From Tubiluchus corallicola (taxonomy: Eukaryota; Animalia; Priapulida), in the NCBI GenBank assembly GCA_030141605.1, contig JAQGDQ010000027.1, positions 62,001-126,000 on the forward strand: DNA of 64,000 nt, in the 5' to 3' direction. Shown here one piece after another: positions 52,560 through 64,000 of the stretch (positions are counted from its first letter, which is position 1; each line of letters opens with the position of its first letter). The position numbers and the translations under genes were made by a program. Under the pieces are notes generated by a model. The model made no database searches. It saw nothing but the letters and a program-made list of their open reading frames with translations, and was not told the DNA's origin.

Positions 52560-53330
52560 GATTCAGCGGTGTCTTATATTTCGTACGGACGGATAGCCAT
52601 GGCTTATTAATTTCACAGAGGACACTAACAATATAGCGATATAGGTGAGACATAAGACTTTTATAGAATGTGTTCTCTTAAATCGATTAAATAGTTCAGT
52701 GGCATCGTTTGCAGAAGTACTGAAGCAATCTAACGCTCTCATTTCTTTTATAATTAAATATTCTCCTGTAAATAGTGTTTCATGCAACTTCAACAGTTGT
52801 TCTAAGTCTACTTTTCACTGACCACCTTCTGAAGCATAAGTCATAGTTGGTAGATACTAAGTGTTCATTGATGTTGTCATTTCCGACTTTCCTTTACTAT
52901 AGTGTACGTAACGTTTATCAAATTATATTGGTCAATAAATCTTATTCTAATAAGTAATTTGCGGCATGTCGAGTGTACTAATTTTCCTGTTAGAAATATA
53001 TTTACAAACAATCTTCATCCTCAATTTCCTTTTTACTGTAGATCCTATTATACGTGAACTTGCTCTTAATTAGAAGTAGCACTGAATTTCCTCTCTTATC
53101 TGTTGGAACCCTAACCATCCAATTACGGGAGCATCTTTTCAAGTTGATTGCTATCTGCAAAGACCTACGGCCGGTATGTAATTGGGGAAATCCTGGACTT
53201 AGAGAATTGAATGAGAGAGACAGTATAGGACTGAGTAACGTACTTGTTGTCATTACACTGGTCCCACGGGGTTCGCTATAATGTATAGTCTGTTCTGACA
53301 TATACTTGGTACTGTATGAATTGTTTAGAG
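52560..53330 (-). mobile_element. Possible decayed LINE APE-endonuclease fragment
   Basis: Weak motifs LSFNSLS, TDKRGNSVLLLIKSKF (DR..GGGV..IK-like) and LFTGEY in broken ORFs. Confidence 0.3.
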
Positions 53331-53416
53331 TGAACGAGTTTAATGTGAATGGATAGCCAATTTATTTCAAAAATAATTATTGCAGATTAAAAGAACAGTC
53401 AAAGTAGACGAACTGT

Positions 53417-53434
53417 GCGCGCGCGCGCACACAC

Positions 53435-53501
<67 letters not shown>
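53417..53501. repeat. (GC)n(AC)n microsatellite
   Basis: Seen directly. Confidence 0.95.
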
Positions 53502-53504
<3 letters not shown>

Positions 53505-55483
53505 GCTTATATAAGTTGCATTTAACTAATCAATTGTTGTGCGTTACCAATGAAGTTGAAGTATATTGTAATTTTAATTAAGCAAAAAAGCGCACTTGCA
53601 CTTTACACGTTTGCAGTGGCAGTAACAAGAGTATAAACTAGCTGCTTGCTATGAAACTCTACCTTGCTTAACAAATTGAAGGCTTGTGCACAGATCAAAT
53701 CAATGCTTGTTTTGATTTAGCAGACTGATCATAAATCGCGCCCAACAGTAAAGAAACAAGTAGTCAGAGCAGCTCATCACTCACGAAATAAGAAGCTAGT
53801 GAAAATAAAAGCTTGTTTTATCGCATTGAAAACTTAATGATTTCAAATTTAACTGGCGTAGTAACTCTCTCCTTGATATTTTAACTGCATTTTATGGCTT
53901 AACACAAAATGTTTACGAGCTGAAATAAAGAATAACTTGAATTAAAATTAAAGTTGATTAAGATGAAGCAAAGATAAACTCCTCTGCTGGTTCAGTGACT
54001 CGTCTTAGAAATTTTAATCATCTCAGATTATTCGTCTCGTCACGACCATCCAATTATGAGTAGACACTGTCGTTGAATGCTGGCTTGCAGTGGGCCGAAT
54101 TGTATGAAAAAATAACAAACAAATCATGCAAAAGATCTCAACAAACGTAACAAATGCAAACACGGCGTTTTAAGAAGATTTTATAGTCACAATGGTGCAT
54201 GTTAGTTAAATCAATAGCCATATTGTTGAAGCTAATGAAAGAAATTATTCCCGCCGAAAACTTCTTTTGTAAAGGTTCAGTCAATTAACGGATTATCAAG
54301 TATTTACTTGTAGTTGATTTAAAACTTGGTTGAACTTTTCTCTGCTTGTTGCTGAAAAAAAGTTAATCAATCACACAGTAATTACAATAAGCGAATAGAT
54401 GTAAAACGTTTTTACATGCATGGAGTATATTAGTAAGATAGGTATGTGATAGATAAATTATATTTATGAATAAATAAAGTAATTAAATAAAAATATTGAA
54501 TAATTGAAATAAAAAATATTAAGACATTCAAGCCGTAACAAAGTTTGTTCTGGGGTAACAATATACGAAAGTAAACTTGATTAAGTTGAACTAGAGCAAG
54601 ACTCTTCCGCTGGTTCAATGGTTCAGTTTAGAGGCATTCCTCAGACAGCTAAATGCTGGATTACACAATATTAATATCACGAATTTTTATTTTTAGAAAA
54701 TCTTTACGGTTTTGACGCCTTTGTTTCAGTTCATGGAGTCAGTTCCTTTCTAGTTGAGATTTTTTCAGAATGGATTCAGAGCAGAATACCTAATAACAGA
54801 CCTAAGTAGAAATTTTTCAAAAGTTTTGTTTTTTTAACTATGATGATTTGCAAAATTTTACTTGACTTTTACTTGATTTATTACAATAAAATATATATTT
54901 ACATTCGTTTGTACATAAGTTATTTTCATTAGCAAAAAGAAATAAAAATGGATCATCATGTGTTCTTTTTAATGTTCTTTTTAGAATTTGTAATTTTCTT
55001 TAACATTACAAAGCAACTTTTTCCACAATAAAGAACTTTGGCTTTTTCTAAGGATAACTGTCTGCCCACAGTTCATTTTGGTGTCCAGCAGAATTTCGTA
55101 GCTTCGAGTTCCGACGGAGGTGCAAAATTTTTCAATTTAAATGTTGCTTTTGTGCATTCATTGAATCGACCTTGTATTGTGTTGATGAACTGTAGGCTAT
55201 CATTCCTCATGAACGACATTTATTGGCTGATCTTGTAAATTTGTGAGTCTGAAAAATCAGGTACCTGTGTCGTGTAACTGTTAGCATAGCTCGGTGAGCA
55301 GACAGTCTCGCGTTTGCTCCTCAGTGGACGTGTAAATTTTTTAGACTTTTCAATTTAGTATTGCTTTGATACAGTCACAGAATTGATCTTGTACTATCTG
55401 CTGGTGCAGTGTGAAATATGATTCCGCGTTGATAGACAGCTACTGAGTTAAAGTGCGAATTTCTCTGAGTTTGAAAAATGAGA

Positions 55484-55735
55484 TGCCTCTGTAGTGTAAT
55501 GGTTAACATATCTGCCCGTGTGAGCAGGTGATAGGTTCGTGTCCCAGTGAAGAGAAGATTTAAATCGCCCAAGCGCGCCTCGGCTACCAGTAATTCACGG
55601 TTCCATGGAACGTGTACGCCTAGCTGCCGTTCTCACTAAATTAGTCAGGTGAATGCTGGCTTACACGCTAATTGCGGTAATTGCTATTACACAAGCACAG
55701 GAGATCACGCTTAGCCTTTGTGGTCAGATTAACTT
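55484..55735 (+). mobile_element. tRNA-derived SINE
   Basis: A box TAGTGTAATGG and B box GGTTCGTGTCC at tRNA-like spacing, followed by a ~190-nt non-tRNA body; no clean cloverleaf. Confidence 0.55.
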
Positions 55736-57793
55736 CATTGACAGAAATATTCTAGCTGGAGTAGCAAATAATGAGGAGTATAATACTACATAGGAGCATA
55801 CGCTAGTTGATAGTATTAAATTCTGAAAGAAAACAAAACGAATTAAAAATAATAATTGCACGGCTTATATTGTCGATAGACGATAGTGCTTCGTTTCTAT
55901 TCATTTTAATTCAATTTAACTTGCACAAATATCATTTCATATCAATTATGCATTAGATAATAAAATTCATATATTACAACGAATAAAGGTGAGTTAAATT
56001 AAATCTTACAAACACTATACAAAAATTTTAAAGAAAGTTATTAACTTCTCCAAATGATCGTCACATTCTCCATGATTTCTTTTAGGATCTCTTTTCTGGA
56101 TTTCTCCACTCTCATTACCCTTGTCCTTTGCTAGAATTCATTATATTCATTAAAAGGAAATTGTTTAATCGATAATCATTGGATCCTTTGTGATATTTGC
56201 AATTCGTAATACTAATTGCAAGACTAATATTATTACTACTTATTTTTTCATGTGGTCATCCAATCAGCACAAATCCACTAATCTCTAAAATAAAGGCAAC
56301 GTGTAAAGTACCCATGGTCGAATGTTGCCCTCGCCTTTGGTTTTGTTATTTTTAGTCCTTGTCTGTTTTTTGTAATTATTGTAATGAACCACGTGTGAGA
56401 AATAAACTGTATCTAAATCTAACTATGTAGTCCTATAATATTCCATAGACTGATTGTACGACAGCAGCTTGTCGATGTCAGTTTACCTGTAACTATTAAC
56501 AATAATATGATTTTTCAGACTCAATTGCATTGAATATCTTGAAGAAATACAATGTAACTTTTGGCCTTTTTTGTGAAGATATTGAGAAACGTGTCAGTAA
56601 TTACCAGTATTTCCGCTACTATTCTTCTGTATTCATCAGTTCAAAGTCTGCAGAACCTGCGAGTGTAGAACGTTGCACAATAAAAGACAACCACCTGACC
56701 AGCATGACGTAGTCCAACACAGCAAGAACCCTTTTACTTTTAATTACACTTCATTAAAATAGGATAATGCTACCTCCTTTTCAAGCTCAGCTACTTGTTG
56801 GAAATTTTACTGTATTTACATTTAAGTTATACGAATCTTTCAATGGAGTTAAATCTATATTTACTCCCCTGTAAAACAGACAAAGATAATTTATGTTAGA
56901 ACTTTGCATCAACATAAAATGTGTACAGATCGATTTTTTATTTTGATGTTATGTTACGAAAATGTTGTTATTCGTATTATGACATGATTAATTAACTAAT
57001 AATATTATTTGCTGCTTAAGTAATTCACATACTCACGTTACATCAAATTTAGAGGTTATTTGCTGCATTTTAACAAAAGTTGTAACTTATAAACATTTAT
57101 TTTATTACTTTTATCTTACAATTTTTATAAATTTTCAATTTTTACTGTAAATATGTTTTATGAACCTCGTGTTTGAAATAACATAACTTACTTACCTACT
57201 ACTTCTTTACTTGCTTACATATTTACTTACTCACTTACTTACTTATGTGTACCTTAGCACTGCTATAACATTTTATTTCTGACTTTTATAAATGTAGCAT
57301 ATAAACTAATAAATAAAAAAAACACTGCCTCTTCAAACCTGCATGTGTTCCATCCAGGTCTTTCCATCTAGTTCTTTCATCCAGGTCTTTTCCTGTGGGA
57401 ATACCACAGGGATTAGCTTCTATTGTGTGACTGTCGCATGACGGCATTTTCTTCATAAAAGCAGCATTGTCTTATCTTTTACAATAAGCCTCTTAAATCA
57501 TTAAACGAGGGTTACGCCATTTAGACGCTGAGGTCTGACGCAATGTGCCATACGTGTAACTAAGAAACTAGTAATTCCCTTGCACTCCATAATGAAATGG
57601 GTTAGTAACATAAAAGTAAACTTATTCTATGCAGTTCGTAACTTTGTAGGAAATAACCCTGGCACATGAAAATTAAAACTTACTAAATCACATAGCACAG
57701 AATTAAGAGAAGTCAGCTGATATGTTTTCAGATAAAAGTATTGTCGACACCATCACCAACACCAACACCACCACTTACAACAACAACAATACT

Positions 57794-57873
<80 letters not shown>

Positions 57874-57877
57874 TATT

Positions 57878-57910
<33 letters not shown>
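57794..57910. repeat. (ATC)n microsatellite
   Basis: Seen directly. Confidence 0.95.
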
Positions 57911-60004
57911 GTCAATTTAGTCGCCGTAATTTGATTTGAAGACGCCTTATCGGCTTTTGTTTGTTTTCTTGCCTAAAAGAAAGTTTAGTACGAATTCATA
58001 AACATGACGTTAAAGCATATTATAGTACTGCCAACTGCAGAATGCACTGCGTATTCGCATGCGTCCGCAATTATGCTGATTTGTGGTATTTACTCAACAA
58101 GCTATCATTTACAGATTTTAATGTAAAAGCAATGTCAGACGACGTCTAGAACCAAGGCGACGCTGAATCGAAACCTGAAATTTCATTTACTGGTAGAGTC
58201 TGACCTGACGACCGATGCAATCTTCCTTAATCTGTGCAGACAGTTTTCTTGGAAGTACAATACACTGCATTTACTCCCGTCCATTATTCAATTTCCTTAG
58301 TTCGAGCAATTATTAGACCAGACTCAAAACTGGTGGACATGTTACGTGCTATTTGAAGCTGTGAAGCAATTATTAAGGTATAGTGGTTAACACAGAAGCC
58401 ATGTAGTATATACATGCGCACACTCAATTCTAGTTCTACAACTTGTGTGTTAAGTCTGTGAGTATAGCTTCGCCGATTACTACTGAAAATACGTTCCATA
58501 TCACGTTCCGTGTCATGTGACACGAGCTCAAGATTAGCCTACGAAAATCATTTTGTATCTGAACAACAAACTGATTTATACCAAATTCATTTACCCAACT
58601 GTATCAGTGTGTCCTACATTTAATATACACTTAATATTTAAATAACCAAAAATATAGATATAGATACAGATATAGATTTTGTTTGGATTGCCTGCATCCG
58701 TATTTTGTTTGGACTATCTAGCCACTAAAGAGCAATCATCTGTGCAAGACATTAATGACGTTTTGATATGATATATTCTCTATTTCCTTGATTCTTTATG
58801 CAGGTTTATCTACCGTACTCTACCTTTTCTTTGTATCCCTAGCCATTTATACGTTTTCCTGCAATGTTTTTAGCACTTTTGCATCATCTAATTTTTTATC
58901 ATTTCTTGGAAGCTTCTTTCTTGCTTCTTTGGTAAAATTATATACCATGTCACACTCAAGAAGATGCTCAGTGATCTCTTCTTCATTTTTGCCTAATGGA
59001 TATCTCAAATCTTCCTTGAATTAATTCTTGCAATTTTTCTTTTCCCTAACCAGTAGCATGTTTAATTTAATTTTTAGCTTTTTTTAGTCTGGTGTTAATT
59101 CTATTATATAACGTTTCATAATCTAGAAATTCAAACTTTGATGTCTAAACTTAAATGTTACGTTTGGTCAAACTTTCATCTCAATCAATTATAATAATAT
59201 GAATACCTGTGGTCTTATTATAAACGCAGTCTATATCGCGCTGTGAACAGATGCATGTAAGATCTCATACAGTGATCATTATACGTTTGTGAGTCGCAAT
59301 AATAAAGCTTCTTTATAGACCCAACTTGTACAATTAGAGATCGCATAATCCATGCTTGATTAATCCAAGTAAAGCCGTGAACGTATTTCTATGATTCATT
59401 CATTCGTTTATTCAATTTCATCAGCGCATTAATAATTTCTGCGTAGCGCCCTCACTGGACAAGCCTAAATGCTCGTCTTGCTCAATTAGGTGCCGATTTT
59501 ATAGACATCTAATCCGTGGTTGCCTCTTTATGATTCACCATTACACGAAAGATTTGATAAACTATAGTTAACCTATTGATTTCGGATTGGCACGTCAGTG
59601 ATATAGAAAATTTCTTAGATTGCCTTGCTGATAGCGTGAAATTAATGTTGATTCATAAAGAAGTTTCTAAACGGAAGATTGCGTCTCTAATGGTAGGCCT
59701 AAAGTTGTCTCTCACGCGTCCAGATGCATGGTCATTCAGAACACTTCTTGAGTTTCTCAGTGCTGAAGAACTGGGTGGACATCAAGAGTGACAGTAAAAA
59801 TTTAAGTATCGTTCAAATATGACAATATCAAGCCGTCATTTTCGACAGTCGGTTGTCATTCTCGGACTGAACAGGCAATAATGCGAGCCAATGCTCAGCT
59901 AGAAGAGCCCATTTATAGCACATGCTGTCATTAAAAACAACGAAATTATTAACAAAAAGCGGCTGCATAAATTATATTTTGCAAGTCTATGAGTACACAA
60001 ATTT

Positions 60005-60242
60005 CCGTGCGTGACTGCGCTAGGTTTTATAGATTTGTACAAGACAATGTACAGGAGCTTATGCTCGAACTACGGCGACCAAACATGAACATGGTGCTTT
60101 GTCAACCTACACTAAATAATGTGAGTATGCGCCTATAGTTACTATACAATCAGGCAGCAACACCTTTAACTAATGGAACGACGTACATTTTCTGTACATT
60201 TTCTTGTACAAGTCTATAAAACCTAGCGCAGTCACGCACTGG
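60005..60242. mobile_element. MITE with 48-bp inverted repeats
   Basis: 60007-60054 matches the reverse complement of 60192-60239 at 46/48 nt. Confidence 0.8.
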
Positions 60243-62921
60243 TATTTCTGCATTATTTAGAGGTGAAAATTCGCCCATTAATGAAATATACTTGGCGTTA
60301 TCCGAATATAATTTGAAAATTCATTTGAGCTTCTGCTTTTAATCTCCGAAATTTTTTTCTTTGATATCGCTTTTCCTTTACAGCACATGCTAAACAAAAT
60401 CCGTTTTTATACAAAGCTGTTTCGGCGCTATTTCAGAAATAAAGAGAAGTTGGATAACACCCCTTAAACAAATACGTTCAAAGTAAGTGAGGGAAAACTG
60501 ATCGTCTGGAAAGAGTTTAGTATTTTTTGGACATTCAGTAAGTTTTTTCAACAGTTTTCTTTTCAGGGACCGTGTAAACATTAGGTATAACACGAATACA
60601 TTGTGTATAATTTCGTCAACATTACTATTTATAATAACATTTAATCAATTTACATTTGTTCTGAAATCTAAGCATCTACTTCAGCCATGCAAATGAAGAA
60701 TGAGACACAGTAGTCCTACATATGAATAGGTTAACTGATTTAAGGTATTTTAACTTAATTAAATTGTCATCTAGACTATGAGTTAAATTTAATACGTAAT
60801 CTTTATTTAAAAATATTATAAATATTTACAAAAAAGTATAAAATGTGGAAGCAGGGTAAAACGTATATAAAGCAGTAAAATTTTACAGATAAAAAGGACT
60901 AATTAAAAGATTACGAGTAAAAGCAGAAACAGCCAAGGCTACTTACAGATGCTAGTCAAAAGAAAAGTGATTATTAAGATTTACATCTTTTAAATGTTTT
61001 TTAAAAAGTTTGCTACTCTGAGCACAAATCAAGGGCCCCTCGTTACGTTAGATAAAGGTGCTTTGCCTAATAATGCTGCTGCCAATTTGTAAGGTATCTC
61101 CAGGCGCATACACGCATTCAATCAAACGGTTTGCCAGGTTTAATCATTATTTTAGCGGAATTTACTATGCAGGGTGTTTTTATAGTTATAGTGGCTGTAG
61201 GGATAGTTATAATAACTATATGTAAGGATAGTTGTAATAACTTGTGCCTAAATTTACTTTTTAAAAACTTGGTTTTCTCGCATGCTGCCGTTTTCTATCT
61301 ACAGTTAAATTTAGAAACAATGTTATAATTAAAATTTCTGTTTATCCGATTGCAGGACTAAATCGTATAACCGATAATAAAAACCTGTAATTGCCGATCC
61401 TAGCGCATCTTTTATTTCTATTATTAAACACTACAAATAAAACAGAAAGAAAATAAAAAACTGCTGAAAAAGATGCAAAACATAATCATAATACAAATAA
61501 TGAACACAAAAATGTAAAACTGACCACTAAAGAGACAAAGAGACAGACAAACAAATAAACAAGCAAACAATCAGAAAAGTAAAAAAGAACATGCATTTAT
61601 TTATTTATTTTATTCTCACCCAATAGTAAAAGACGGTGTATAATAAAAACAATATATGTGAAACATGTTGGCAAAATATTGTGTACAAGTACAACATTTA
61701 CAAGAGTGTGGTAAAAAGAGATGAACTACTTACATGTATCTGTTGTGTGCGTGAAATTTACGCTAATTAACTTTATTCAAGTGGCTTTTAGATAACTTAA
61801 TATTTTGTGCAGGCACGAGGGGCACAGCATCAGCATCAGCAGGCAAGGAATTGAAAGAATTCGCGATTTGAGAAAAATTGACCAACTGATACTTTAGCAG
61901 TTCGACGCACGAGAGTGATTTTGCCTTGTTCCATTGCAAAGGTCAAAAGATACAGGGGTAAAAAAATTGTGAAAATCAACATCAACTTCCCAATGAATAA
62001 TTTGGTAGCATAAAGTTAAATCTTTCTGAATGCCTTCTTTCTAAAGACTTTAGATTTAGAAACTCCAAACGCTTAGGATATGGCGTAGACATTAAACTAC
62101 AATGGGTTCGAAGTATCCAAACGCATACAACATTAAACAAGCTGTAGGCCGAAATTTACGCAAAGGATTAAAGCAAACAGCACATAAACATGACTCTAAA
62201 ACAAAAAAGACGTCAACAGAAAAAACTATCTTTAGGTAAAAATTAACAAAATGAATGGATGGTTTAATCCATTATCCAATAAATGGTGGAACAAATCTTT
62301 TGACCAGCTAATCGCGAAAATTGCCAATCCAAATAGTGTAAGATGAAAATGCCAAATCGGTTACAATGAGGCCGAAGTCATTATCAAGTGATGGCGCTTT
62401 CCATCATGGCATCCTAAATTCATCAGGACTAAATACCGTTTACAAAGTTTAATGAGGAACTAAGCGGTTATTCGCTTCAATGAACGATGCTAATTGTTGG
62501 TATAATTAGTGGAGAAATAATGAGTGCCCGCAGCTTCATGATAATGAACAACAATAACCACGGGGCTAAGTGAGGACTTATAATAAGAGGGTCTGCTGCC
62601 AGTTGCAACTGAGCAAATGGACATATAAAATAGCTCCATTAGTATTATTTTAAAATGGCGGTAACTGCGGCAAGCAGGCCCAGCTGGAAATAATACACAA
62701 TAACTGGACATGAATGGACGTCTGAGATGACCGTTCCATTAAAACGTGAATTTCAATAGAGGTGTACATATAACATTTGGCTATTCAGTTACAGATCGTT
62801 TCGCCTATGGAGCTGACCATTAAACGAGGAAGTCAATATATGCTTCGATATGTGTTCATTGTGATCAAACAATTCACTAACACCAAAATGTTTATCTCGA
62901 TTTCTTCTCAAGATCCATCCG

Positions 62922-62930
62922 TCTCTCTCG

Positions 62931-63012
<82 letters not shown>
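62922..63012. repeat. (CT)n microsatellite
   Basis: Seen directly. Confidence 0.95.
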
Positions 63013-63013
<1 letters not shown>

Positions 63014-63555
63014 ATTCTACCTTCCTCTCAAGATCTCTCTTACAAAATCATATGCACTATGTGGTTACACCATATGCACGTTTCAGTCATTCAATCTCTC
63101 TAGTTTCTTGAGTAAATCTCTATAATGTAGCCCCATTTCATAATTATCGTCCTTCTTTTAGTCCTCACAAAGAAGTGACAGTTTGAACCATTTCATTTAA
63201 ACCTGTCTATACCTGTCAGTGTTCCATTCAAAACTCTATACTATCTGTGCTCATTTAAAGCTGTAAGCGGAAAATGCTTCCAGTTGATTAACTTGTCATT
63301 TCGCATTTTCGTGTCAACAGTTTTCCACTTGACAAATATTTCTTCAATTCATCACACTGATTGAATGAAGCCAAGCGTTTTTACAGGCAAACTGTCTGAT
63401 AGGGTTCAGGCTTTACCTTTTCACAGTAATGTCTTTTATGCTACATTGCCCACCACCTATCTCTCTGTAATGTAGCGACTGGAAAGTGAAGCGAGAAACG
63501 ATGGTCGACTAGCTTATTTCGTTTTCCTTATCTAGGTTATTATTGTTTGATTGAT

Positions 63556-63692
63556 TAACTAACTGACTCACTGACTAACTAACTGACAGACTGACTAACT
63601 AACAGACAGACAGACAGACTGACTGGCTGGCTGAATGACTGACTGACTGACTGACTGACTGACTAACTGATTGGCTTACTAACTGACTCACT
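63556..63692. repeat. (GACT/AACT/GACA)n tetramer repeat
   Basis: Seen directly. Confidence 0.9.
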
Positions 63693-63960
63693 TCCCAAAC
63701 AGCTCACAAGATCTTGTTACAAGGTTATGACAACATTTTTGCAAATATTGAGACAATATAGAAATGTGGATTTGCCACAACATTATACCAATATTTTCTC
63801 CATATTGTGGTAACATTGTGATAATACTGGTGCTAATATTATCACGACATTGTCACAATATGGAAAAAATATTGTCAAAAAATATTGGTGTAATGTTTTG
63901 ACAATATTGGTACCAATATTGTCACAACATGGAAAAAATATTGGTACAACGTTGTGGCAA
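63693..63960. repeat. Degenerate ACAATATTG/ACAACATTG tandem array, probably the arm of a foldback-type DNA transposon
   Basis: The motif recurs every ~11-30 nt after a CCCAAACAGC start. Confidence 0.55.
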
Positions 63961-64000
63961 GTCCGCACTTTTATTTTATCCCAGTATTTGCAAAAAATAT

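Noticed and set aside
51986-52900. pogo-like DNA transposon starting TAGGGTAAAGTGGGGAACATGAACAC
   Set aside because: Only a patchy inverted match near 52861-52900 and no transposase.
55484-55556. Functional tRNA gene
   Set aside because: A and B boxes are present, but the acceptor and T stems pair poorly and the sequence continues into a SINE-like body.
63693-63960. CRISPR-like array
   Set aside because: Eukaryotic context, short degenerate units, no unique constant-length spacers and no cas genes.

Overview
AT-rich, microsatellite-rich genomic DNA from an invertebrate animal, with spliceosomal introns and one 100-N gap. The left 37 kb holds three minus-strand genes, each starting with a signal peptide + Frizzled cysteine-rich domain (CRD) exon that ends at a phase-1 GT donor. 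Gene A (2523-1464, 643-552) has two divergent CRDs, a poly-Lys patch and a GPI-like tail exon. Gene B (9213-8664) has one divergent CRD and an unresolved 3' end. Gene C has a near-canonical Frizzled CRD exon (36764-36287) that can be spliced in frame to four exons encoding two Ig domains resembling Robo Ig3-Ig4 (16073-12305). This predicts a secreted CRD-Ig-Ig chimera with no NTR or 7TM domain. Gene C's ~20-kb first intron contains a head-to-tail dimer of a Gmr1-like Ty3/Gypsy LTR retrotransposon (gag, protease, integrase, RNase H) that lacks reverse transcriptase, has an in-frame UAG between gag and pol, and has an integrase frameshift. From 37 to 64 kb I recognised no genes, only LINE/SINE relics, a MITE, a hairpin and simple repeats. 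All exon joins are inferred from splice signals and reading-frame phase, not from transcripts.
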